Shown: positions 12,831 to 25,780, counted from the first letter of the whole stretch. The stretch is 63,232 bases of DNA, filler included, from Octopus bimaculoides (GCF_001194135.2; 4 parts of 4 records of this genome joined end to end with filler, not necessarily neighbours in it); one strand, 5' to 3'. Notes: generated from the sequence alone by a model not told the origin. Numbers and translations are program-made.

Positions 12831-15099
12831 CATCATCATCATCATCCTCATCATCAGTCGTCGTCATCTTATAAAGGCAATGAATACATGGGCCATACTA
12901 CCATTATATTCTGCTTTTTTTTTTATAAAATGGACTAAGAGAAAGCTACAAATCTTAGATAGAACTAGGAAACTGCTCAATATATAAATAACTGATTCTC
13001 TTAAAACTCTTTCAAAACTGAAATACTACAAATTTAACAGAATTGTAGTTTTCAGATCCTGGTCTCTTTTCTCTCCAATATATCAGTGTTAATCATAAAT
13101 AACACTCGCAGTAAGACGTCTAACTTGGTATTACATAAAGTTTCTAGGTCAGTCTTGGAACAACTCGTATAAAACAAAGCAACAACAACGTGAATAATAA
13201 TAATAATAATAATGATAATAATAATAATGATAATAATAAGAACAACAACAATAATAATAATTCCTTTTATTGGCCACGAGGGCCCAAGACATGGAGGACA
13301 ATACTGAAGGACGAGTTACAGTACACAAAACAAAAAAACAAAAAACTACCACATTAAGGGATATAACAGAGGATATATAATAGAAATTAGAGAAGCAAAT
13401 AATAATAATAAATAAATGAATAAATAAAATAAATAAATTATTAGAATCCCCAATAGCGAGGCAGTCCATTTAAGGTAATCTGGAGAAAACTCTATACAAA
13501 ACCATTGGTGAGTAATGGTTAACATTGTTTTAGAATATTTGCTTTTTGTTGTAGACGTTTTCCTATTGGTATTTGTTGTATGGTTTCAACTGCAGTACAG
13601 AACTATTTGTGGAGAATTTAAGTTTTTACTAGACGTGTGTTTGTATGTACATAGCAGGAAAAAAAACCCCAATTAAATCTGCAGCTATTTGGAGACCAGG
13701 TTATTTATCACTATCTCTTTAGGAGAGATTGTAGTACAATTTCTCTAAGAGAGATAGTGACAGATAATAACCTACGTATAGTAGGACGGCCAATTCCAGA
13801 TGCATACATAGTCACAGGTTACCAAATGCTATAACAAGCACACATTCATATTTACAGACACACTCATACACATATACACAAACACATATACACAAACACA
13901 TATGCACAAACACATATATACACACGCATGCATATTTATATTGTATTTCATAATTTTTTATAAAATTTCAAACCGTATAACAAAAACAAGTGATCGCTTT
14001 AGCTTTAATTATTTTATAAAATAAAAATTCTAACACACTATGTTTTTTTTTTTTGCTTATCTCTTAAATCCTAGCAAAACCTAGATATTCAATCGTTAAT
14101 CAATGATTTTCTCCAGACGTTTTCTCCTGTTCAATGATTCATTATTCTGAATAATTTAAAGTTATAGTTATTGAAGATAAACTAAAATTTCTTTTTATTA
14201 TCTTTATTTATGGCTGTGTAAGGTGGTAGGCATGGCTGTGTGATTAAGAAGCACGCTTTGTAACCCCACATGGTTTCGGGTTCAGTCCCACTGCGTGGCA
14301 CCTTGGGTCAGTGTCTTCTCTTATAGTCTCAGGTCAACCAATGCCTTGAGAGTGAATTTAGTTGATAGAAACTGTGTGGAATTCCATTATACATACGCTC
14401 ATATATACATGTATGTGTCTTTGAATTTGTGCATGTCCTTGCCATCGCTTGTCAGCAGAGGCTGGTTTGTTTGTCACTATAACAAAAGACCAATAGAACA
14501 AGTATTGGATTAAAAAAAATAATTATTGGAGTTGATTTGTTCGACTAAACCTTTAATGGCGGTAACCCCAGTTGGCCGCTGTTCAATGGCTGAAAGAGGA
14601 AAGACAAAAAGACATATCCTTGCCCTTTATTTGCCATCTCCAATTTTTTTTATCACAGGAGTTTTTTTGTACATGAGTAGTCATCATTTTGAGAAGTTGT
14701 TACAGATTTGTTAGAACTTTAAGTTCATTCACAGACGTTTTTTTATCGCTTTTCCAAGATGAGGTCGTCGCTGGAAAAAAATTTGTTCTGTGAGAGTATT
14801 GCCGCATGGAGTAGAAAAGATATAAGCACTCACCTTCTTCAAATTAAAAAAAAGGCGCTTGAGACTCATTGAAATAGTTCAAGATAATTTTCTTCATTAT
14901 GCCTATCTGCTATCTCATGCATGCTTCTACTATGTCATACTTTTCATATAATTCATTCATATCAATATCTTGAAGGTTACAGGCCGTGACTGTCTCAGAA
15001 TACTCCAAAAAGTATGGCACTTGTTAGACCAAGTTTCTATGATTTGTTATGGCGGCTATTTCCAGGAAAGTATACACGTCCCAGGGTGTTCGGGCTGAG

Positions 15100-15650
15100 G
15101 CATCCTGTTAAGCAGAGGATGAACTGGTTTTTCTCAGATGAAAAAATTTCTGCCAGGATCAATTGCACAACGCTCAAAACAACAAGTGGCTAACCTACAA
15201 TCCATGTGATGTTCCACTATCATGGAAACCAAATTTCCCGAAACCGTGACGGTCTTTAGTGAGGGTGACGTCATGCTGCCACATCTTTGAGCAGGGCCTT
15301 AGGTTCGATTCAGATGGATATGTGAAGCTGGTGGTCAATCTTTAGCGGTAGAGGTTTGCTGCTGGCGAGCCATATGTACGACAGCAGGATTCAGCTCTTT
15401 GTCGGAGGCGGTTGTCGGAGTATTTCTACAACTTCACTAGCCTCAATTTCAGGCCTCCTAAAACCCCCACTCATGCAAACCCTTGGATTACTATGAGTGG
15501 GGAGCAGTTGAGAAAGACCCCAACCGTTCTGTCTGCAACATCAAGACTGAACTGGTGGCCAAGGTCAAGAAAGTGCTTGAAAGATCTTCCACAGCAGACA
15601 GTATTGAGGTTGAGGTGGGAGCTGAGAGCAGCTACTTTGAGTAAACCGTT
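15100..15650 (+). mobile_element. Decayed Tc1/mariner-superfamily transposase (maT/DD37D-like)
   Basis: WFFSDEK, QQDSA, RPPK...LDYYEWGAVEK, with frameshifts. Confidence 0.7.
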
Positions 15651-16674
15651 ATCCCCCAGCAATAATCTAGTTGATGATTTTTGATTTTTAAAAATACTTT
15701 TATTGTTGGATGGGATATTGTGTTTTCTTTTCCTTTTATGCACCACAGTACCGTGAGGTATTCATCCTTATTTAGACTCTGAAACTAACCTGTCAGAACC
15801 TCCCAGTACTTAAGTATTCTATCAATAGAACTTTATGGCACTTTCATAGACAACAATGAAATCTACTGCACATTTCTGAGAAACATCAGGAGTAAACTGG
15901 TAAGCTTGGTACTCACTGCAAAAACAATAAGACAGTTTTTCAGTTCAGACATTAGTTTAAATACCATATTTGATGGCATAAAAGACACACGGGCATATTA
16001 GAAGCGCCCTAGTTTCAGCAGCGCATATTCAGGAAAACAGTTTTAGCATATTAAAGTATGTGATATCGGTCCAAATTCAGATCTATGACCCAGAGTGACA
16101 TTTTTTGAGACTTATATTTTGTGAAAAATAAATGTTTTTTTTTTGTATATAACATCAAATACGGTAATGGTATTATATTGAATTATGTTGAATGACTTGG
16201 TTTCTAGTTTCTCGATAGTATCTCAGCACAATATACTCGTAGGTATTTGATTAAAAAAAGAAAGGAATAATCGTCTGCAATTCATAGATATTTCCTTGAC
16301 TTTTCAAAACACCACCACAGTTCCGTGAGGTATTCATCCTTATTTTATTTAGACTCTGAAACTAATCTTTCAGAACCTCCCAGTACGTAAGTATTCTATC
16401 AATAGATAGTAAAAGGAAAAAGAAAAAAAAAATTCAGTTGCACCAATATCCACGAATTCACAAAGTTCTTTTATCCATGCTGTCCTTTTGGCTGGGTTGC
16501 TGAAATGATTGTACACTGAACACAATATTTTTAATGTCAAATTTCAGTTTTCTTCCAGTGTACAAAATATTTGCCAGACAATTTGCAGGAATATTTTTTC
16601 TATTTAGCCATTTTCAGTTTTTGATAAACACTAATCTATTCCCCATAGTTTTCACTTATTACGACATCAAATTT

Positions 16675-17105
16675 TGTCTCAGGACCAGCAATATCGAGGG
16701 AAGGGGTAAGTCAATTATATCGACCCTCAGTGTTCAGCTGGTACTTATTTTATCAACTGCGAGAAGATGAAAGGCAAAGCTAACCTCAGTGGAATTTGAA
16801 TTCAAAACGTGAAGACAGACGAAATACCGCTGAGCATTTTGCCTGACTTGTTAACGAGTCTGTTAGCTCAACGCCTTAAAGTTTACACATATACTGATTT
16901 CAAATTTTGGCACAAGACCAGCAACTTTGTGGGGAGGGGATAAAGCAATTACATCAACTCCAGTACTCAACTGGTACTTAATTTATCGACCCCTAAAGGA
17001 TGAAAGGTAAAGTGGACCTCCGCGGAATTTGAACTCAGAGCGTAAAGACGAGCGAAATGCTGCTAAGAATTTTGCCCGTCGTGCTAACGATTCTGCCAAC
17101 TCGTC
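16675..17105 (-). mobile_element. Two tandem SINE family B copies
   Basis: Two reverse-complement heads (ending ~16877 and ~17105). Confidence 0.8.
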
Positions 17106-17564
17106 ACATATATTGCTATCAATATACGTAGGAATTTTATTTTTGAGCCAGACCTTAAGTTTCTAGTTTCATTATCAGTTGATTTGCTGTTTTCTGCTAT
17201 CGTTATCACTGTAAAAGTCAAATAACAGATGCTGCACAGCTCTCAAAACGAAAGTATCTCAGAAATATTGGTAAAATGCTTTGAGGCATCGTTGCTTGAA
17301 GCACCAGCTTCAAAAACTGAAGAGAGAGAAGCGCGTTCTTTAACATACTTCACTAGCTTTTGGACAGGATATGGCACCAGAATATTTAACCAGAGTCAAG
17401 TTTTTCCATGTTACATTTTCACAATCAACGAATCCCTGTATATGTCATTGTCAATTGTAACACTACAATCAACACTTCTTCTTCACTGACGAAATTCCCA
17501 ACATGATAGAGTTCAACTACGGTTTTGTCATCTTGTACTGATCGAACTGTGCAGAATTATGGCT

Positions 17565-17773
17565 TCACATTTTGGCACAAGACTAATAATTTCGGGAGAG
17601 GAGGTAAGTCGATTGCATCGACCCCAGTGTTACACGGGTACTTATTTTAACAACCCCGAAAGGATAAAAGGCGAAGTCGACTTCGACAGGATTTGAACTC
17701 AGAACATAAAGACGGACGAAATGCTGTTAAGAATTTTGCTCGGCGTGATAAGGACTCTGCCAACTTGCCGCCT
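17565..17773 (-). mobile_element. SINE family B
   Basis: As for the other family B copies. Confidence 0.8.
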
Positions 17774-19060
17774 TATGAATATTAACTTTAATGCTTATCT
17801 ATGGCATCGTATCGCAGAACAGAGCATCGCAGAACTATTTCCCATCCTGCTAATTCCCACATCACAACGGTAGAGTGTACAAAAAAGCGAGGAAGCTCTT
17901 CTTTCTGCTTTTAGAAATAAATTCAAATACTTTGATTCATCTATCGTTTAATGTTGTTATTATTTATGGCATTTCTTTAAGAAGCTTGGAACAGGAAAAA
18001 ACCGGTTTCCATTGTGGTTTTGGGAAGACTTTTCTTGTATTAGACTTGACAACGCAAGATGTTTTGTTTTACTGGCAAGTTGCCATGAAAGAATAACAAA
18101 AAACACACGCACGCACGCNNNNNNNNNNNNNNNNNNNNNNNNNNNNNNNNNNNNNNNNNNNNNNNNNNNNNNNNNNNNNNNNNNNNNNNNNNNNNNNNNN
18201 NNNNNNNNNNNNNNNNNNNNNNNNNNNNNNNNNNNNNNNNNNNNNNNNNNNNNNNNNNNNNNNNNNNNNNNNNNNNNNNNNNNNNNNNNNNNNNNNNNNN
18301 NNNNNNNNNNNNNNNNNNNNNNNNNNNNNNNNNNNNNNNNNNNNNNNNNNNNNNNNNNNNNNNNNNNNNNNNNNNNNNNNNNNNNNNNNNNNNNNNNNNN
18401 NNNNNNNNNNNNNNNNNNNNNNNNNNACACACACACACACACACACATACACACACACACATATATATAACATGACATTCTATTTCAAATAATCTTTTTA
18501 TAAAACTAGAAATCTATGAAATGTTCAGACATAATAACAGTAATAAATTACGTATCAAATTTTCCATTCTTTACCATATTACAGAAGCTAAACACGCTTG
18601 ACGATCATAATTCAGTGGAAGTTAAATACCACATAGTTTTAGGGCAGTAATTCAACCAAAAGAATACATCAGTTTCCAATCTAACGCATCATTCGAAAAA
18701 TTTACGCAAATGTGTTTTGGAAAATGTGCATACATACGTTCGTATTTTACAAAGTTAGCTGGTTAATTTATACTATCGATTTATGTAACTGGCCTGATGT
18801 AAAGAGAAAAAGTAGATGCTGCACGTTGTTTTGGCAATAAGTAAATGATTAGCTTAATATATCTCATGCTTTGACACAACCAATTCTGTGCTATTTGAAG
18901 AAGGTGAGCAGCAGATTGGTCTGTACTGTGGATGCGAGCCATAGAAAGTTATGTTGTTGAGAAAGACAAGTTGTTTTCTTCCGAGACAAACCAAGAGCTA
19001 GATTCTGGTGTTCTAAAATAAAAACGGCTGCCAGGTTACTACTCTGTGATTGGTCCAAAT

Positions 19061-20755
19061 CAGTGTTACCAACTTAAAATCAGAATTTTATGCTAAATTT
19101 CTGTAGAAAAATTAACCCCCAAATGCTAAAAGATGCTAAATATGACAAAAAAGCTAAAGACTAATTATATCAAAAAGCTTAATTTTTATTTACATTTTTA
19201 TTTACTTTCTTTAATTATATTCAGTATTGAGAAATAATTTCTTGTATTTCACTAATTTGATCACTTTCAGCTGCAGTGCCTAGGTCATGACTTCCGTATA
19301 CATTCAAGGTCCCAGTCTTGTTAATTATGTATTTTGGAATATCGAAGTTTTTGCAACATTTGCCATATCTTTTCAGGCCATATTTTATTGACAGTATTGA
19401 TCTAAGCATAGAAAGATGCATTTAGTTTTTCAATCTTGATTTGATTACACCCATACTACTGAACAACCGTTCAACTTCTGCATTTGAGTTTGGCAATGTC
19501 AATAAATTAATGGCAAAATTTGCAACATCTCTAAAAGGATTTCCTCCAGTAGCATCTTTATATTCCAAGACTTCCAGCCAGAATGCCTCAGTATTAGACG
19601 TATTTGTCCATTTAACTAAATGAATGCAATTAAACTGAATTTCAATTGAAGCAATTTTTTCTTCATTTAAATACATTGCTTCTAAGACAGGTAAAATCAA
19701 CTCTTTGAAATGCTGCAAAATATTCTCTACTGAAAAAAGCATTTGATATTCTTCAGTACATTAATATTTCCTGGCAAACGGTGCTTGAGCTCTCTATAAA
19801 GGCAGAGTAAAAATTGTTGTGCTCTTTTGCGAATATTATTTTCTTCAGTGGCTGTTACAGTCTGCTTGATAATCATTTCTGCTACTTTTCTCTCGAGCCT
19901 GTAGCCTAAATTTGGTTTAGGATCCAGAAATTTTTCAATTGAAGCATCTGGATCAAGAGGATCAATTCTACATGTTGGCAACACTATCATATTAGCAACT
20001 GATTTGATCAAATTTGAAAGATATTCAAGTAATTTTTTTTTGTCGACAGTGTTTGATTCAAACAGTTTATTCACTTGCTGAACATATTTTAAAATTGGAT
20101 GCAAAAATAAAAGGTAATTCAATTTTTAAGGCATCTACAATGCCGTCTGCATCACATGTTTCTAAAGATACCATACTGAGATATGTATGTACCACTTTAT
20201 TTGTGAGTGCCACTATAATATATGATAACAATCCCTAACAACTTGTTTATCGATATATCATTAGATTCATCTAATAGCAGGCAAAATTTTCGATCTTCTA
20301 TATCAGAAATCGAATCTCCATCAAAATATGGAGCTAGAACATCTCTCAAAATATTTGCACATTTTGTACGATGCAACTTCACTTCGGATATAATATCATT
20401 ATCAGACATATAATTCTTACATAACTCTATTAAGTGATCACAGCTATTAAATGATGAGTGGCAACAAACAAACATTGCTAAATTTGCTTCAAGCATAGAT
20501 GTCTTTATCATCTTTGGTTTTAATAAAATAGGTAAGAAGAATCATTTGCTGTGGAGCTGATGCCTTATGTTTCTTTGCTTCACAGTGGCTTACTAGAAGA
20601 GAATATTTTGCCAACATATTACATCTACAATATCTGGAATGTGCTTTAGATTGGTCACTAGGTACTTCACACAACCACTTAGTAAACGCTGACATCTTAA
20701 GCCATTCCTTTCAGAATTCTTGCTGGTACAACTTTGTTCTTTTTTTTTTGCTCAT
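19061..20755 (-). mobile_element. Decayed, internally deleted hAT transposon
   Basis: ATG 20755 MSKKKRTKLYQQEF*KEW; zinc-finger-like YCRC...HCEAKKH; LLLDESNDIS (catalytic Asp region); TLPNSNAEVERLFSSM (hAT dimerisation motif); TIR-like CAGTGTTACCAAC at 19061. Confidence 0.88.
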
Positions 20756-21512
20756 TATAATGTAGTGGGAAGCAAGAAAATAACGTCGAGTGACGTTAAT
20801 CCAGAGATTCTTCGGCGGAACCGGAACCCCATTTCGGATACTCGTCCGCTAGAGATAATAGTAGTTCCCTTCAGCTCGTAATATATAGAAAACAAGTGAC
20901 ACACTGTCACTGATCTTGCAATAAACAATTTAGCTAGATATTGCGAGCTGGAGCGAACTACTACTATCTCTAGCGAATTTGGAAAATAGAGAAGTGAGGA
21001 AACAAATAACTGCAGGAGATATTGGTCATAAGCTATGGATGAGATTTAATTGCGTTTATGTAAGAATTCAATGCATATGGGAATTTGTTGCTGATAGGAA
21101 GAAATGCCACAGTCTGATAGCAGAAGCTAGGCGCAGGCATGACTGTGGTTAAGAAGTTCGCTTTGAAACCACGTGGAATTGTGACTCCTCAAAGCAGTGG
21201 AATTGTGACTCAGCCTGCGGAAACTGCCTGATATCCGAAATACGCACCCTTGTCGAGCGACGTTAATCCAGAGAATCTTCGGCGGAACCAGAACCCCTTT
21301 TCGGTTGCTTGTATTAGCGATCGTATTTTAATCGGTTATTACCCAATATTCGTTACTATAGGTGAGAATCGACACGAAAACTGAATAGCAAGTTTTTTTT
21401 TAACCAATTCCTCCTCTTCTGAGGTTCTAGTGCTGGATCTGGTACATTACTGTTCTAGTACCTGCAGTTCTATCTCCCAGTTCAGCCTCCTGCTTCTCAT
21501 CACAAGTAAACT

Positions 21513-21711
21513 TATGAGGGCGTGCTGAAAAGTTCCTGGCCTTGGGTAAAAGAAAATACAGGAGAATCATTTAATTCCCTCGCAGATTCACACACTTATT
21601 GCAGCGGTCCTTCAGTGTTTCTAAGCCCTGTAAAAGAATTTGGAAGGTTGGACCTTCAACCAGGCCTTTCGCGAAACTCTAAAATCCAGGGATTTTCAGC
21701 ACACTCTCGTA
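21513..21711 (+). mobile_element. Complete mariner-derived MITE
   Basis: TA|TGAGGGCGTGCTGAAAAGTTCCTGG ... CCAGGGATTTTCAGCACACTCTCG|TA. Confidence 0.85.
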
Positions 21712-22146
21712 CATAAATGAACAATAAAAGACAAATATTTAGCAGTTTAGAAAAAATAGAAAAGAAATAAAAATAAAACTCTTCAAATCTTTTTTATGAA
21801 GTATTTTATTAAAAACCGAAACTTCAAAAAAAAAAAAAAATGCTGAGAAATAATAAAAAGGAAATAAGAATTATTGGTCCAAATAATTTCTTAATCTCAT
21901 TAGCATCAGCCAAGCCAATATTTATTAACATGCTTCGTTATACAAATTGTTTTTTCCCATTCATCAGGCCAATACTTTGTACATAAAAAAACAAAAAAAC
22001 AAAAACAATGGAGGATAGTTTGAACAATTAAAATATTTTTTCCAGTGTTCCATTTTGATTGTTGATATTTCCACTTGTCAGATATGGTGAAAAACTTGAA
22101 GACGGTAAAATTATTGAGCCTCTAACGAAGTGCGTGTACATGCATG

Positions 22147-22185
<39 letters not shown>

Positions 22186-22435
22186 TTCTGGGAAGGCAGG
22201 TCTTGTGTGGTATTAGTGAAATGGATAGATGTAGTGTAAGTTAGAACCCGGCAGTTGACCTCTGACACAAATATTGCTTNNNNNNNNNNATATATATATA
22301 TATATATATATATATAAATTATTTCAAGGATATAAAAGGATGTCAATATTCAGGTTCCCCGGTTTTATCCGGTGTATCAGTGAAATACTAAAAGATGTTA
22401 GCTTCACATTGATGGACATGGGTATATTACCATTT

Positions 22436-22842
22436 ATATATAATAAAAAATAAAATGGAGAAACTGATATATAGACACCAGTTTATTGAAGCAAATCCAA
22501 TTTCGAATATCAATCGTTTCCACGCCCAATTAATTCAAATTAGAAAGATTAAATTAGCGATTCTTATTGAATATAGTCAATTGAACATTTCGTCAGGGTT
22601 AGAGCTTGATAGAAAAAGGAACTACATCCCAGTGTGTTGATATATCATTGGTAAACTCAAGTTCTGACCCTGACGAAATGTTCAATTAACTATATTCAAT
22701 ATGAGTCTCTAATTTAATTATTCTAATTTGAATTAATTGGGCATGGAAACGATTGTAGGATCTATTGTTTGAAATTGGATTTGGTGTTTCAATAAATTGA
22801 TGTTTGTATATCAATTTCTCCATTTTCTTTTTATTATATATA
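22436..22842. mobile_element. Foldback/MITE with ~175-185-nt inverted arms
   Basis: Arm 22436-22609 is the imperfect reverse complement of 22657-22842; 47-nt spacer; TA-rich ends. Confidence 0.85.
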
Positions 22843-23208
22843 TATACTCTTTACCAAACTCGGCAAGCACGTATTTTGTAGAACAGCAAGTACTTTGCTG
22901 TTCTACACAAAAAGGCGTTTAACCTCATTGTTTTACAGAACACACACACACATGGTTGCTTATATATAAGTATGGACGTGTGCACATGTATTTGTGGGTG
23001 CGTGGGTGCGTGCGTACATTGTGTGTTTGTTTGAAAACTTCAATTTATAAACATCCTAACGGCAAACATTTTAATGGTCAGCTGTAAAACATTTACATAT
23101 ATGATTGTTCCTATCGTAGATTTTTAATTAATTAACGACCTCGTAGAAGTGGATAATTATAATTGTCAGTGTGATTGCAAATTAATTCAAATTTAGCAAT
23201 AATTTACA

Positions 23209-23702
23209 TCAACAGGGTACACGGCAGCAAAATTTCTTCATAACTCGAACTATAAGCTTAGCTTCAGCTGTCAAGCTTTTATTGTACATGTCCTGTGCAA
23301 CAATGGTGAATTCCATCATACCAGCCTTCAAATTCCTGGCCAAATTGGTCGTCCTTACAACCCCTGTTTGGTCGTTAATATAAAAATATCCCGGATTTTT
23401 TCCATGAAGTTTGTACTGATACACAGAATCTGTTTTGTCGACATCGTCGAACGCAAACGGTGTGGCAACGATAGTGGATCCAGGAAAGTTAGTGGAGACC
23501 ATGTGTTGGTATGTTTCCATTGTAAAATGTGGCGGGTTGTCGTTGATATCATTGACAATGATTCCCACTTCCTGACTGGTATTGTGCGGAGGGCTCCCCG
23601 TATCAGTGGCATGAACTGTAAATCTAAAATGTTCGTAGCCAGCGTCCCTATCAATAACTTTCGTTGTTATTATGGAACCATCGTTTTTAAGCGTGAAAGG
23701 CA
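23209..23702 (-). CDS. Cadherin-repeat protein, apparent last exon (~1.5 EC repeats), ending IVRVMKKFCCRVPC*
   Basis: TTTCTAG acceptor, phase 1; IDRD, ATDTG, DINDNPP and AQD cadherin motifs. Confidence 0.88.
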
Positions 23703-23779
23703 CTAGAAAAGAAATCGAAAATCGAAAAAGAATAAAAAAAAGCATCATAAGAATTTATAAACGCGAAATTCTGTTTTTA

Positions 23780-24013
23780 TTTTAGAACAATGGATCTCGA
23801 AGCACGCATTAAGCTATAAATAGTAAATATTGGGTTTAAAAACTTTTTAGGAAGAAAACGTCAAAGGTTGCCTGTGGGACACGAGCTTACGTCTCCTGTA
23901 GACATGATAGGGGTTCCTTCGATTTTTTTCTAGTTAAACAGAGTTTTTCAACTCAATATTTGTATGGTATTATTTATAGCTTTATGTGTGCTTCGAGATC
24001 CATTGTTGTAAAA
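23780..24013. mobile_element. Intronic MITE/foldback
   Basis: TTTTAGAACAATGGATCTCGAAGCACGCATTAAGCTATAAATA is the imperfect reverse complement of TATTTATAGCTTTATGTGTGCTTCGAGATCCATTGTTGTAAAA. Confidence 0.8.
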
Positions 24014-24149
24014 ATTATTTACATTATTGAAAAAAAAATCTAACTGAAAATGAAATGAAATGAAATTAAAAAAAGATTATAATTAAAAAATATTAAAGAA
24101 AAACACAGTTAAACTACGTGTATATACAAAAAGCAAAGCGAAAAATTCA

Positions 24150-24221
<72 letters not shown>

Positions 24222-24696
24222 CTCTTTACTCTTTTACTTGTTTCAGTAATTTCACAGCAGCCATGCTGGAGCACCACCTTTAGCCGAGCAAATCGACTCC
24301 AGGACTTGATACTTATTCTATCGGTCTCTTTTGCCGAACCGCTAAGTTACGGGGACGAGAATACACCAGCATCAGTTGTCAAGCGATGTTGGGGAGGGGG
24401 ACAAACAGATACACAAACATATACACACACATACATATATATATACATATATACGACAGGCTTCTTTCAGTTTCCGTCTACCAAATCCACTCACAAGGTT
24501 NNNNNNNNNNACATATATATATACATATATACGACAGGCTTCTTTCAGTTTCCGTCTACCAAATCCACTCACAAGGTTTTGGTCGGCCCGAAGCTATAGT
24601 AGAAGACACTTGCCTAAGGTTGCACGCAGTGGGACTGAACCCAGAACCATGTGGTTGGTAAGCAAGCTACTTACCACACAGCCACTCCTGCGTCTA
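24222..24696 (-). mobile_element. SINE family A, full length
   Basis: Reverse complement of the 11197 copy. Confidence 0.88.
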
Positions 24697-24942
24697 TGTG
24701 TGTGTGTATATATATATATACACACACACACATACACATACACAAACACACACACACATACGGACACATATATGCAACTGATAATCAGCAGACGGCAGAA
24801 TTTGAACTCAAAGCGTGAAGACGGACGAAATGCCGTTAAGCATTTTGTCCGGTACGATTCTGCCAGCTCACCGGCTTAAAGAGCTGCAAATATAATGAAA
24901 AATAAATGAAAACTAAATAAACAAACAAACATTCGTACGTAC

Positions 24943-25239
24943 CATATGGTTCGTCTTTTGGATCTATTCTTAAATGAATGCTGTTGTTTTTCTTCTTGTC
25001 TTCATCAGTAACTTTTAAAGTACCCACAAGGGAACCAACAGGCATTTCTTCTTTAATAATGAATACGTTATGACCTTCAAATTTAGGTGGATAGTCATTG
25101 TAAACCATATGTGGTGCATTTACAATGACTTGTGCTTTGGTCTTTCGGGAAGGAAACCCCATGTCCATGGCAGCCACAGTAAAAGTGTAGGTGGACTGAC
25201 GGGGTTTTGAAAAGAACCCTTCAAGCAGTGTCAAAACTC
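24943..25239 (-). CDS. Cadherin-repeat protein exon (99 codons)
   Basis: TTTGTAG acceptor, G|GTACGT donor, phase 1/1; AAMDMG, YNDYPPKF, VTDED; joins as IDIETG|VLTL. Confidence 0.9.
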
Positions 25240-25344
25240 CTACAAATTTAAAACGTGAAAATGAAGCAAAAAAACAAAACAAAAAAAAACAAGAAATAGA
25301 ACTAAAACAAAAAAAGAAATTTTAATTTTTAGTAGGTTTAAATC

Positions 25345-25780
25345 TAATCTGTTTCAGTCATTGGACTGCAGCCATGCTGGGGCACCGCAGTGGTACGAAT
25401 TAAACCCTGTACTTATTTTATTAAAGCCTGTTACTGATACTATCGGTCTCTTTTTTTCAAACCGTTAAATCATGTGGACGTCAGCAAACCAACACCGGTT
25501 GTCAAGCGGTGGGGGGGGGGACAATCACTAGCACAAAGGCACATAAACACATATAGACATACACACATACACGCACGCACACATACGCGCGCATACATAC
25601 ACGCGCGCGCGCGCACACACACATTTACAACGATTTTTACTTTCCGTCTACCAAATTCACTCACAAGTCTTTGGTCAGCCAGGGACTATAGTGGAAGACA
25701 GCTGCCCAAGGTGCCATGCAGTGGGACTGAACCCAGAACAATGTAGTTGGGAAACAAACGTCTTACCACGCAGCCACGCA
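25345..25780 (-). mobile_element. SINE family A
   Basis: Diverged full-length copy. Confidence 0.8.

Noticed and set aside
21940-22020. Hydrophobic stretch as a possible cadherin TM exon
   Set aside because: It derives from a T-rich tract, is too short, has no good splice sites and is followed by a stop
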